This document shows, in pieces, positions 50,241 to 63,063 of a stretch of DNA of 64,000 bases (position 1 is the first letter of the stretch; each line of letters starts with the position of its first letter). Both the position numbers and the translations under genes were made by a program. Origin of the DNA: Octopus sinensis (taxonomy: Eukaryota). The notes below the pieces were generated by a model. It ran no database searches. It saw only the letters and a program-made list of their open reading frames with translations, and was not told where the DNA came from. The DNA is taken from assembly GCF_006345805.1 (NCBI RefSeq), contig NC_043018.1:10168001-10232000 (forward strand), given 5' to 3'.

Positions 50241-51301
50241 CTAGAAAGAAACAGAAGATTTGCAATTAATATTTCTTAATTCCTAAGAAAAACAATTATC
50301 AAGTCTTAATTAGCGGCTCCTGAAGAAAACAATAAACGAAGAAGTTAAACAAGGTTTAATAAATCTGTAATTATCTTCTATTTTTTTAAATCTTTTTACT
50401 TGTTACAGTCATTAGACTGTGGCCATGCTGGGACACCACCTTGAAGAACTCTTATTGAACTCTTTTGCCGAACAGCTAGGTTATGGGGATGTAAATACAC
50501 CAACACCGGTTGTCAAGCAGTGGGGGACAAACACAAAGACACACACACACACATATATAAAGGACAGGCTTCTTTCAGTTTTTGGTTATCAAACTCACCT
50601 GCAAGTTTATGGTTGGCCCAAGGTTATAGGAGAAGATACATAGACAAGGTGCTATGCTGTGAGACTGAACCTGGAACCATATAGTTGGGAAACAGGTGCC
50701 AGTGAAGCGACGTTGGTAATGGTCACGCTTGAATGGTGCCCTTTTACGTGCCATGGGTACGGAAGCCAGTTGGCTGCTCTGGCAACGATCACGCTCGGAT
50801 GGTGTTCTTGGCATACGTTTGTTAAAATTTCCATCCAAGCAACAGTGTACGGTAGGTAGATATCACAGACAGCGAAGGTGTGTGACCTAAGGGTTTGAAT
50901 GTTGGGCTCGTGATCATGAGATCATGGTTTTGATTCTCAGATCGGCTGTGCATTGTACTCTTGAGCAAGACACTTCATTTCAAATTACTGCACTCAGCTG
51001 TAAATGTGACAGATTGGTGTAGAAATGTAAGATGGTGATTCAGGGAGAATCCCCCAGACAGAGTCCTAATGACCCGCATTTTGTGCTCAACAACCAAAGG
51101 AAGGAACACTGCAACCTGTACTGTGAACCCTTCCTCATTGGGATTGGTTGTTCAACCATGTTTTAGGTTGAGTGGTTGACTGATGGTAGACAGACATCAC
51201 AGCAATATATGGTAGACAGACATTGCAACAATGCATTCAATGTATGGTAGACTGACATCAAAAACAAAAGATTGTATGGAATGCTATAATTGTTTACTCA
51301 C

Positions 51302-51352
51302 AGCGGCAATGCTTCTTCTTTGGAAAACGAAATCTCTCACATATTCTGGGTC
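51302..51352 (-). CDS. Exon 4 (DPEYVRDFVFQRRSIAA), 51 nt, phase 0-0
   Basis: Acceptor ctttctccttccttag|, donor GCT|gtgagt, open frame. Confidence 0.75.
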
Positions 51353-51559
51353 CTAAGGAAGGAGAAAGTAACAACTATGTTATAATTATTTTGTCAAACT
51401 GTAAAACAACAGACCATCTTGTTTTAGGATGTCCTGAGCTTACACTAAATGATATGTAAATTGCAATGTTAGAGTATGATAATATTCACATTCGAAAATA
51501 ATGTAAGCACTACCAAATTGATATTCCTGTTTGTATCTGGCATGAACAGCCTCCAGAGC

Positions 51560-51920
51560 CAGTGGCTGAAGGCAAGAACGCCATCATCCTCTGGAAGTTT
51601 TCTATCAACATTCACAGATCAATCTAGGTTACCTAACCCAACATTACCATTAAAGACAAGAAAAATGTACTTGTAGACTAATAGATATAAGTGTCCCTTC
51701 TGAAAATAATATATTTGCCGAGGAATTTGACAAACTGAGTAAATACAAGGATCTAGAAATTGAAATATAAAAGATGTGGTATCTTTTGCTATTGGTTTGA
51801 TAAAATAAAAGGGATGCCAGAAACACCTAAATAATATCCCAGGAGACCCATCTCACACAGAAATCCAAAAGATTGTATTGACAAGTTCCACCCACATCTT
51901 TAGAAAAAGCCTCTCAACTT
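51560..51920 (+). mobile_element. Decayed 3' end of an R4/Dong-like LINE
   Basis: KYKDLEIEI...TEIQKIVLTSSTHIFRKSLS remnants, homologous to 52286-53060. Confidence 0.65.
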
Positions 51921-52285
51921 AAATAAAATTTTGTGTACTATAGTATTCGTGTATTGTTGTTAGTTATATATAAATGAAATTCAATTCAAATTAATGTCAA
52001 ATAATCAATTAAATTATAATTTATTTAGTTATTTATTACATTTTATTCTATCTTTTTATGTATGATTATACATAAATTTTGTTTTGTTGTCAGAATGTAT
52101 TTCTTACTGTTCTCCCCTCTTTCCCTCTTCAAACTTTCAATTGCATTTAAGCATCATTCAATTTTCACTTACCCTAGGTTTCTGGGTGTGACTTAGCAAG
52201 TGATTGCATCAAACATGCAGATTAAGATAATAATGATGATGATAATAATAATAATAATAATGATAATAATAATAATAATAATAAT

Positions 52286-53060
52286 ACACATGTCGTGTAT
52301 GTCAACAACAAAATGAAACCATTGATCATGTTGTCTCCAAGTGCAGTCTTCTTGCGCCTACAGAGTATCTCAACAGGCATGATAGAGCTGCGCAATATAT
52401 TCACTGGGTAATTTGCAAAAGCTTGGACTTGCCCCATGATAAAAACTGGTGGGAATACAAACCACCTCCAGTGCTTGAAAATGACCACATCTCACTCCTC
52501 TGGAACTTCACCATTCAAACTGCCAGAAAGATAGATGCGAATAGGCCAGACATCATAGTAAAAGACTTCAGACAAAAAACATGCCTCCTCATTGATATGA
52601 CTGTCTCAATCGATATAAACGTATCTGTCAAGATCTACCAGAAACTGAGCAAATATAAAGATCTGGAAATAGAAATCAGCAAAATGTGGAACCTGAAGAC
52701 TAAAACAATACCTGTTGTCATAGGTGCCCTGGGAATGATAGCAAAAGGGGCTGATTGCTACCTAACTCAGACACCAGGAAACCCCAAAATGGCAGAAATT
52801 CAAAAGATAGTGCTCATGGGAACTGCTCATATCCTACGCAAAATACTTTCTATGTAATCTCAAGTTTTAAAACAAACATAATTTTCGTATGGTTTTTTAG
52901 GCATTCATTAGTACAACACTAAGTACAAAACCAGTTATATGGCACCCTAGGCATAACACCAACATGAACTTCCAACTTGTTGTCTCTTGAGGTCTCTGGG
53001 TGAGACTTGGAGCCAACTTGTACAAATGCAAAGAAAAAGTCAAGCATATAATAATAATAA
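52286..53060 (+). mobile_element. Young 5'-truncated R4/Dong-like LINE with an open CCHC plus RLE endonuclease frame (stop 52857), inserted in (TAA)n
   Basis: CRVC...ETIDHVVSKC knuckle, RPDIIVKD...LLIDM nuclease motif and PVVIGALG. (TAA)n on both sides. Confidence 0.9.
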
Positions 53061-53084
53061 GACACTGTTACGAAGAAATGATAA

Positions 53085-53142
<58 letters not shown>

Positions 53143-53149
53143 GTGGATT

Positions 53150-54575
53150 GCTTATCTTCACAACTATTTGTATTGACCATGATACTGCTCCGTTTGGTAT
53201 TATGAGGAGTCAAAATAGCTTATGATTTGGGAAAAGGGTTTGGACAGACAAATCATCTCCTTTTTACAGATGATGTAAAACTTTATGTGGAAAATGAGAA
53301 GCAGCCTGAAAGTCTGGTACATTCTGTCCACATTTTCTCAAATGAAGCTGGTATTCAGGATTGAAAAGTGTTGACAATGAAAGGAGGAAGATTTGAAGGA
53401 TGCCAGGGAACTGAGATGCCAAATGGGCAAACAATGAAATCGGTTAAGAAAGGACAGTGGTATAAGTATTTGAGAATAGTGGAGGCAGATAAAATATGAG
53501 GGGATGAAGCAAATTGGACATACAGAGTATACAAGGAGGGGGAGAAAAATATTGCAGTCAAAGATGAAGTCAAAAACGTTATTGAAGCAATAAATGCAAG
53601 AGCAGTTCTGGTAATTAAATGTGGAGTTGTACTAAAGAATGAGTGATATATTGTATGGAATAGAAGAAAAGGACAAGAATGAAATTCCAAGAGATTGCTG
53701 AGAAACCATTCCATGGTTAGTTTTCAAAAGCCACTGAGAATGTAGTGAAATAAAAACCTGGGCTTGGTTGATAAAAATGGTAATTGGAAAAAGAAACAGA
53801 GAACCTTATTATAGCTGCTCAAGATCAAGCACTACTAACAAACAACTTGAGAAAATATGTGCATGGGAAGAAGGTGTAATCAGAATGTAGAGTATGGGAA
53901 ATTAGGGATGAAACAAGGGCAAACATTGTTGCAGAATGCTCCAAGTTGGCCCGGGGAGAATATAAAAAAAGAGTGGCATGACCAAATTGTGAAAGTTGTG
54001 CAATAGGAGATTTGTCAGAGATGGGTGTTTGAAGCTGGAGACACTAGGTATAATCACTGGGTTGAAAGAGTACGTGAATCATGAAAATACAAGATTTTAT
54101 AAGATTTTCCATTTCAAACGGATAAGAAGATAGAAAATAATAAACCAAATATAATAATAATTGACAAGGAAAATCTAAGTTGCTTACTGATTGACCCATC
54201 ATGTCTGTTTCATTCCAGGATTGTAAAGAAAGAAGACGAAAAATTTTTAAATGAATACAATCCCTTAAAATTTGAAATTGCAAGAATTTGGAATATGAAA
54301 ATTATAAATGTTGTGCTTGTAATAATTAGTACATAAAGGATTGTGAGTAATGATATAGATTGAAGGAGTTTGGAATGGAATATCTTGTAAAGCTTCTACA
54401 GAAAGTTTGCCTCTTAGGAACGGGGAAAAACATCGGAAGAGTTTTGAGCACTTCAAGGCTTATTGGAATCATGTGGATAGCTAAGGTTACGGTAACTCAC
54501 CACCCACATAAATTCTACCAGGAATAAGAGAATAAGACCAACCCCAAGTCAAGTCAACCAATAGCAATAATAATA
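53150..54575 (+). mobile_element. Older, degraded R4/Dong-like LINE (RT end to RLE)
   Basis: FTDDVKLY and YKYLRI remnants, CRVW/ECSKLA knuckle remnants, many stops. Confidence 0.7.
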
Positions 54576-54840
54576 ATTTAATATTTGATGTGAAGGCTTG
54601 ACATAATTAATAAAAGACATTCCAGTTGTGTGAATGGTATTTTAATCTATTGAACCCAAAATTCAGCACAGGCCGGGTTTGAACTCAGAACATAAAGAGT
54701 TAAAAGGCTATAATTAAATACTTCACCAATCCACCATATTAGACTCAAATTATAATTATTGCTCCATCAAAATTAATGAAGCGAGGAATGAACAAGTTTG
54801 AATTATATGTGATTAGAGTTTAATTAAAATATATTTTTAC

Positions 54841-54876
54841 CTGAAGTTTTTTTTTCTCTCTCTTCTTAAAAGTCAG
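54841..54876 (-). CDS. Exon 3 (LTFKKREKKKLQ), 36 nt, phase 0-0
   Basis: Acceptor ttctttttttcttttttttag|, donor CAG|gtaaaa, open frame. Confidence 0.8.
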
Positions 54877-55613
54877 CTAAAAAAAGAAAAAAAAGAACAT
54901 TGTAGAATTGTCCAGGTGAAAGAGCAGAGAAGAAGCTCTCAAAGAAGTTGAGGATTTAAAAACAAAAAAATTGGTAAAAATTATAACGGAAGATGTGACT
55001 TCAAAGCAAGGAAAGCAAATGTGTTGCAAGAAAACCACTGAAGCTTCAGCAAAACCAAACTACTGTCGTCCTTGTCATTGTCATCACGGTTGCCACCATC
55101 GTCATCATTGTCATCACCATCATCTCGTCTTCACTGTAGCTGCCACCACCACCACCACAACTGTTGCCATCATCATCATCATCAACACCATCATTGTTTT
55201 AACATCTACTTTTCCATGCTTGATTGAATCAGACAGAATTTCTTGAAGCAGCCATTCTATGGCGAGATAGCTTCCTTCCTGTCAACAAATCTCCTTTTTT
55301 TTTCCAAATAAATTAAAATTTTCCCTTGTCCAGACATGTTTTCTAATGTTCTTTATGTAAGATTGGAAACAAACAACATTGCTTGTAACATTATGACAAG
55401 GCAAGGTCACACACACACATAGATCAAAACACTTTGATTCAAATTCATTGGTACTCCAAGTTTGAAGAGTGATGCTAGTCTTCAGCCATTCTAAATTTGA
55501 ATGAAAGATGCTGACTCGGAGTACCAATGAATTTTAATCTAACTGATTTGATCCATTCATGTAACCCCAAATGAATCTGTTGCAGGCCCTTCTTTTGTTT
55601 GTCCATTCACTCG

Positions 55614-55666
<53 letters not shown>

Positions 55667-55688
55667 ATATATATATATATATATATAT

Positions 55689-55764
<76 letters not shown>

Positions 55765-55794
55765 ATATATATATATATATAATATATGTATATA

Positions 55795-55915
<121 letters not shown>

Positions 55916-55931
55916 TATATGTATATATATA

Positions 55932-55963
<32 letters not shown>

Positions 55964-56501
55964 ATAGAAATATGTTACAAAAAGAAAATAGAAAATACAC
56001 GTGGAAATGTAAGGGGTAAGTAAGGAGAAAAAAATAAGCGAAAATGCACATTGGACATAAAAAAAAGTAAAGGATTTTTATGAAAAGTAACGATAGATAT
56101 ATTTATATACAATTAGATGAACTGAGGTAGGAATAAAAGTAATAAAAGTCATTATTGTGAATTGTTAGAGAGATTCAAAAGCATACCGGTTTCATAAAAT
56201 TACTGATCACTGCTTTGAATGCGCAATGTATGTATGTATGTATGTATACATATATATTTTTATAAACGAATTTGGATAATTGTATCAAACAATTGGACAC
56301 CAATAAATGCAAGCAGAATACAGTTCCAAGATAATTCCTCATGTAAGACAAGTAGATCCAAATATCATATGGAAGAATTTCAAGAAATTTAGAGTATTAG
56401 AAAACAAAAATATGTATAGAGAAAATCACATCTTTAATTATAGAACCCACCATACAATGCCAATGGTTGTTTCTGTTGTATCAAAATATTTAGATACAGA
56501 A

Positions 56502-56733
56502 GATGTCTTGCAAACAACTTGCACATGCAAGTGCTACCAGTTAAAAGCTCCGTATACCGGAAGCTAGCAAGTGTATGGGGTCATCAGGAGAGAATGCGCG
56601 CTGTTTCGGGGCCTACCTCTCGACGGCATCAATGCGCACCGGCCCCCCCTCACTGATATGAGGCCTCGCTTGCTAGATCAGCTGGTTATGAAGAACTCAA
56701 TATACTTCTAGCCATCGCTCATCGTCTCTTTTT
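56502..56733. mobile_element. Unclassified ~235-bp GC-rich element, copy 2
   Basis: Same ends and body as 44591-44826. Confidence 0.75.
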
Positions 56734-57429
56734 GAGACAAAGGCCACATTTAGAATTGCCAATATTGTACCCTGGTATGTAACTAATAGTAGACCACTTT
56801 TAACCATTCTTAATGTTCCTGTCTTTTAAATCACAAATGCATTTACAAAGATTTGTAGAATTACTTTTTCTTCTTTACTTAAAAGAATGGGAATGATTAT
56901 GAAATCTAGATTTCCAAATTTTCACAGATGAACCTCTGTAATAATACTTATGATCCCTTGTGTAGTGGGTGCTTTTTACGTGCCTGGGGAGGCTGGCAGC
57001 GGCCACGATCAATTGGTGCTTTTTACATGCCACCCACACAGAAGCCAGTCAAGGTGGCGCTGGCATCGGCCACGTTCGGATGGTGCCTTTTACGTGCCAC
57101 CGGCACAGGTATATACAGATAAGGAAATAATTTTATTCTCAAACACAGGATAATGCTAATGATATAGCATGAACAGAATAAACTATCCAGATTTTGCAGA
57201 AAAATCTGTCAGCAGCCAGCCATGTGGCTCAAAATAGTTTATCCTGTTCATTCAACCTTATCCTGCATTTGAGAATGAAATTATTTCCTTATCTTGATCT
57301 TTCAATATATCTCAATGCTTCTAAAGTAAACTTTGTTTCTTGGTTTTCGACGTAAGTTGAATTTAACATACGATAACATCTTATAAAGTGAGATTTATAT
57401 ATCCTAAATTTGCAGAAGAATTTGTCACT

Positions 57430-57666
57430 GGGGTGGTTTAGCTTAATGGTAAAGTACTTGATGTGTAATCACAGGGATGTGAGTTCCAGTCTCATGGCTG
57501 GTTGCAGACAGATTTTTCTGCAAAATATGGATAGTATATCCTGTTCATGCTATATTATTAGCACTATCCTGCATTTGAGAATAAAATTATTTCCTTATCT
57601 CTATCTTTCGATACATATCAACGCTTCCAAAACAAACTTTGTTTGTTGACTTTCAAAGTAAGTTGA

Positions 57667-57668
<2 letters not shown>
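57430..57668 (+). mobile_element. SINE with a degenerate tRNA-like head (57430-57503); inverted (57117-57224) and partial direct (57234-57365) copies lie just upstream
   Basis: tagcttaatgg A-box-like and gagttccagtctc B-box-like motifs. The body is repeated locally in both orientations. Confidence 0.6.
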
Positions 57669-57749
<81 letters not shown>

Positions 57750-57752
<3 letters not shown>

Positions 57753-58277
57753 ATATATATAAAACTGAAGTTGTGAGGTGTCTGTCTCCTACGATTTAGA
57801 TTCTTAACTACTCCCACATTTTGCGGTGCAGTTTAACCAAAAGCAGGTATCTTATAGTCGTGATTCATATCGAACCCTTCTGGGTATTAGTGCATGTCTA
57901 CGATGAGTCTACGATTTAAAAAAAATTTATCATCATTTTTTTTCCATTTTTAATGTATTTTTTTTGCTATTATATAAGGGAAGTAACTCTCTAAAAATGT
58001 CTACGATGAGTCTACGATTTAAAAAAAAATTACCATCATTTTTTTCCATTTTTAATGCATTTTTTTCCATTTTTAATGCATTTTTTTTTGCTATTATATA
58101 AGGGAAGTAACTCTCTAAAAATGTCTACGATGAGTCTACGATTTAAAAAAAAAATCACCATCATTTTTTTCCATTTTTAATGCATTTTTTGCTATTATAT
58201 AAGGGAAGTAACTCTCTAAAAATGCTTATATAGTTATTTCCCTTACAAACCCGAGCAACGCCGGGCGATACTGCTAG
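57750..58277 (+). mobile_element. Non-autonomous Helitron with an internal tandem amplification
   Basis: A|TC start and ccgagcaacgccgggcgatactgCTAG|T end. The ctacgatgagtctacgattt block occurs three times. Confidence 0.78.
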
Positions 58278-58483
58278 TATTATATAATGTATATGTATAC
58301 ATAAATGTATTTATATGTACACATGTGCAAGTACACACACACATACACACACACACATACACACACACACATACACACACACACATACACACACACATAC
58401 ACACACACACACACACATGCATATTCTTACACATACTCTTCTCACAGTTGAAAAGAAAATCCCTCTTCCTTATTTGAACTTAC

Positions 58484-58546
58484 TTCGGTTTCTTCCGTTT
58501 TGATGACATGCTTCTCCGGTTCGGCGGCTGGTATAACATTACGCAT
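58484..58546 (-). CDS. Exon 2 (MRNVIPAAEPEKHVIKTEETE), 63 nt, phase 0-0; the first codon is ATG and could be the start
   Basis: Acceptor tctcactctccttcacag|, donor GAA|gtaagt, open frame. Confidence 0.85.
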
Positions 58547-58574
58547 CTGTGAAGGAGAGTGAGAATGAGATAAT

Positions 58575-59101
58575 GTGTGTGTGTTGAGAGAGAGAGAGAA
58601 AGAGAGGGCAAGAGAGAAAAAAGGAGAGGGAGAGAGAGGGCAAGAGAGAATGGGTAAGAGACAGAGAGCAAGAGAGAGGGAGAGAGAGAGAAAGGAGAGG
58701 CAAGAAAGAGGGAGAGAGAAAGAGGAGGCAAGAGAGAGAGAGAAAGAAAGAGAGGGTCAGAGAGAGGGTAAGAGAGAGGTAAGAGAGAGAGGTAAGAGAC
58801 AGAGAGCAAGAGAGAGAGGGAGAGAGAGAAAGAGGAGGCAAGAAAGAGGGAGAGAGAAAGAGGAGGCAAGAGAGAGAGAAAGAAAGAGAGGGTGAGAGAG
58901 AGAGTAAGAGAGAGGTAAGAGACAGAGAGCAAGAGAGAGTGTGGGAGAGAGACAGTGAGAGAGAGAGAGAGGAGTGATAAAGAAAGAAGAGGCAAGAGAG
59001 AGAGAGAAAGAGAGGGTGAGAGAGAGAGGCTAAGAGAGAGAGGGCAAGAGACAGAGAGCAAGAGAGATTGGGCGAGACAGTAAGAGAGAGGAGAGAGAGA
59101 A
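58575..59101. repeat. ~520-bp GA-rich purine tract (a pyrimidine tract on the pre-mRNA strand) starting about 30 nt upstream of the exon 2 acceptor
   Basis: Direct reading. Confidence 0.92.
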
Positions 59102-59325
59102 AATTTGAATATTAAGCATAAATAATATAAAAACAAGACATTTAAGGTAGGTGCAGGAGTGGCTGTGTGGTAAGAAATTTGCCTCCCAACCACATGGATC
59201 CGGGTTCAGTCCCACTGCATGGCACCTATAGGCCTTGTGAGTGGATTTGGTAGACGGAAACTAAAAGAAGCCCATCCTGTGTATATATATATATATATGG
59301 TGGAGGTGGAGGTGTTGGTGTTGCT

Positions 59326-62009
59326 GGTGGAGGTGTTGCTGTGTATGTTAAATCTGATCACAAACCGTCCAGCGGTATTCTACCCACTAATGCTCAACCT
59401 ACAACAAAATTCGATGCCGTCTATTGCAAGCTGAGCCTATCCGAGTTTTGCCTGCCCGTGTTAGCTGTCTACAGGCCGCCTCTTGCCGACCCCCAGGACG
59501 ATGCTCATTTACTCGAAGCGATAAGATTCGTTTCAGCTTCGCATGACTGTTTGGTACTAGGAGACTTCAACGCTCCCACGATCGATTGGCCCGCATCAAT
59601 TTGTACAACATCTTCCCGGTTCGGCCAGGCCCTTCTTGACGTGGCTGAAGATTGTTTTCTATCACAACATGTTGAATATCCGACAAGGCATCGGTCTGGG
59701 CAGCAGCCATGTATGCTGGATCTGGTATTCTCCCGCTATCCAATATCAGTGTCAGACGTATCTGTGTGCTCCCCTCTTGCCAAGAGTGATCATGCGGTCC
59801 TGAAGTTCGTCATGCACACAACTTTTTCTACACCCACGACTACTTCGCTGCCACATAGAGTCTTCTCTGCAATTAATCTTGAAATTCTAACCGAGGCTTC
59901 CGCGCTTCTGGACTGGCGATCCCTGATGATGTTGTCCTCAATTGACGAACTATGGTCATCCCTCAAAGCATATGTAATCTGGTTGACTGACCAGGCAGTT
60001 CCCGTTGGGCTTCCCAAGAAGAAGAAACACAAGCCCTGGGTGACGAAGAAGGTTAAACGAGAACATCGACTCAGAGATATTTCTTGGGCTGAATTCAAAA
60101 ATCTGGATTTGACTGCAGCTTTTGAGGTGTACAAAACTCAACGAGACCGAGCCGTGAAAATTGAAAAGGAAGAACGCTTCAGTTATGAATACAAAATCGC
60201 GGCAAATGCCAGTAGCAATCCAAAAACCTTCTTTGCCCATGTCCAACGGAATTCCCGCTTGAACAACCAGATTGCAACGTTGGTAGACTCAACAGGCGTA
60301 TCGATTGAGGACCCTTATCAACAGAGTCAATTATTTGCCGAGGCTTTTTCAACTATTTTCAAACAAGATGATGGTCGTGAACCCCCTCCATTTGATAGAT
60401 CGGTACCTCCAATGCTTCGATTGGTCCTCACGCGGACGAAGTCAAACGTGTTATTCAAGGCCTTGATGTCAACAAGGGTCACGGCCCTGACGGCATACAC
60501 CCACGGGTTATCAAAGAGTTGGCTCCGGTCATCTGCGAGCCCTTAACACTTCTATTCAATATGTCATTGGCGACGGGTGTTATACCTGCGGACTGGAGAA
60601 CAGCGATAATCTGCCCAATTTTCAAGAAAGGGAGCCGCGAAGATCCGCTTAACTACCAACCGGTTTCCCTTACATCAATAATCAGCAAGATGTTCAAAAC
60701 CATCCTAAAGAAAAGTATGATGCTCCACCTCCAAAACACAGCCTCTATCTCTGATTCCCAACACGGCTTCATGCCGAAGAGATCATGCTTGACCAATTTA
60801 CTGGTAATGGAAGAATTGGTGACGCGCATCCTCGATGATAGTGATGCTGTTGACATCGTTTTATTGGACTTTGCCAAAGCTTTTGACTCGGTAAACCACC
60901 GCCTATTACTTGTCAAGCTTCAAGCATATAGTTTCCATCCGGATATTGTACGATGGGTTGGTGCCTTCCTCTCAGATCGCTCCTTCCAAGTCCAAGTTAA
61001 TGGTTCGCAGTCCGACGTCTCCAGTGTGAGCAGTAGCGTGCCTCAAGGTTCAGTGCTTGGGCCCTTATTGTTCTTAGTCTTCATAAATGACTTGCCCGAC
61101 AACCTCACACAACACACCCTTCTATTTGCCGATGATATCAAACTGGTCGCTCCTCGCGGTGATATAGAGGATCTTCATCGATGCCTCCACCAAATTTGGA
61201 AGTGGTCTAACGATTGGGACCTGTGTCTGAATGTGTCAAAGTGCTGTCATCTGCCTGTCGGCTCTACTCCTGCAACTCAACTTGATTTCGAGCCGGGTCG
61301 TCTGCTGCTGGAGAGGACCGATCAGGTAAAGGACCTGGGTATCTTGGTGGATTCCTCCTTTTCGCCTTCGGCCCAGTGCGTCCATGCTGCCAACAAAGCG
61401 CGCGGAATTCTGTTCTTGATTCGACGGTCATTCGGAATGCTCACAGCAGCCATATTCCTACCACTCTATGTCACGCTGGTGAGACCCATATTGGAGTATG
61501 GGATTCAAGCCTCTTCTCCTTATCTCCTCAAAGACATACAGCATCTCGAAAGAGTCCAGAAGCTGGCTACCCGCATGGTTCATGGTCTCAAAAATTTGTC
61601 CTATGAAGAAAGGCTGAGGACGCTCGACCTTTATTCTCTTGAAAAACGCCGCCGCCGTGGTGATCTCATTCTCGCCCACAACATCATAAGCGGGAAGTGT
61701 AACCTCTCGAAAGAGCTGTTCTTCACTCCTGCTCCAGAGCGTCGGCTGTGGGGTCATTCCGAAAAGCTCTACCTGCGACGATTTCATCTCAATCGAAGGA
61801 GAGGAGCTTTCTCCGTCCGGGTTGCGGATCCGTGGAACAAGCTGCCAGACGAGATGGTGAAGATGCCAACGACCGCTTTGTTCAAAGCCTCCCTTGACCT
61901 CAAGTGGCCTGAACTCTTTACATGAACACCACCCTGTACTTAACTCCATGTCCCCCTACATGGCCTTGCTATTTGCTTTTGAGCCGAATTAACTAACTAA
62001 CTAACTAAC
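59326..62009 (+). mobile_element. CR1-type LINE, 5'-truncated inside the AP endonuclease; ORF2 (APE-RT) broken by one -1 frameshift near 60420-60431; (TAAC)n tail
   Basis: GGGVAVYVK, YRPP, GDFN and LDL APE motifs. QHGF, LDFAKAFDSV, PQGSVLGP and FADD RT motifs. Stop at 61925. Inserted in the TA tract of a family A SINE (halves 59149-59298 and 62011-62291). Confidence 0.95.
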
Positions 62010-62050
<41 letters not shown>

Positions 62051-63031
62051 TATATGTATATGTGTCTATGTATGTATGTCTTTGTGTTTATGCTTGTTCC
62101 TGCTCCCCACTGCTTCACAACTGGTGTTGGTGTGTTTATGTCCCCGTAACTTAGCGATTCATCAAAGACACTGATAGAACAAGTACCAGGCTTAAAAAAG
62201 GAGTCCTGGGGTCGATTCATTCAACTGAAAATTTATGGTGGTGCCCCAGCATGGCTGCAGTCCAATGACTGAAACAAGTAAAAAATAAAAGATAACTAGG
62301 TGCAGGAGTGGTAAGCAGCTTGCTTACCAGCAGCATAGTTCCAGGCTCTGCAAGTGTCTTCTACTGTAGCCTCGGGCCGACCAAAGCCTTGTGAGTGGAT
62401 TTGGTAGATGGAAACTGAAAGAAGCCTATCGTATATATGTATATGTATGTGTCTGTGTGTGTGTTTGTCCCATCTTATGCTGGTGTGTTTATATCCCCGT
62501 AACTTAACGGTTCGCAAAAGAGACTGATAGAATAACTACTAGGCTTACAAAGAACAAGTCCTGGGGTCGATTTGCTCGACTAAAGGTGGTGCTCCAGCAT
62601 GGCTGCAGTCAAATGACTGAAGCGAGTAAAAGAGTAAAAGAACACCTCAGCGCCTTAGTACCCATGACATTTGACTATTCTTAGTTAAATACCACAAAGC
62701 TTTTCATTTGGTGCTCTGCCGATTATGTCATCTAACAGTTTTAATAGTTGTTTCAAATTTTGGCACAAGACCAGCTGTTTTGAAGGGAGGGGGCAGAGGG
62801 CTAATCAATTACATTGATCCCCCTCTTCCACCCCAAGGATTTGATCAGTACTATATTTTATCAATCCCCAAAGAATGAAAAGCTAAGTGGACGTTGCTGG
62901 AATTTGACCATAGAATATTAAGAGCCATGAGAAGCGCCACCAAGCATTGTGTCCGATGTGCTGACCATTCTGGCAGCTTTCTGTCATCACCAGTTTCCAT
63001 AATAAAAGCATAAAAAGGATTTCTGTATTGA

Positions 63032-63063
<32 letters not shown>

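Noticed and set aside
54915-55246. Plus-strand coding-like stretch (REEALKEVEDLKTKKL...)
   Set aside because: There is an upstream in-frame stop, no consistent splice pair, and it runs into a CAT microsatellite.
56575-56612. Hammerhead ribozyme (GAAAC and CTGATGA on the minus strand of the 235-bp element)
   Set aside because: The order would need a type II fold, but only 16 nt separate the motifs, there is no GUH cleavage triplet, and stem II cannot close.
57430-57503. Functional tRNA gene
   Set aside because: Acceptor, anticodon and T stems do not pair properly and the 3' flank is a locally repeated SINE body.
62693-62731. Minus-strand 39-nt exon candidate (DIIGRAPNEKLC)
   Set aside because: It is open only in phase 1-1, which is incompatible with its neighbours, and both splice sites are weak.
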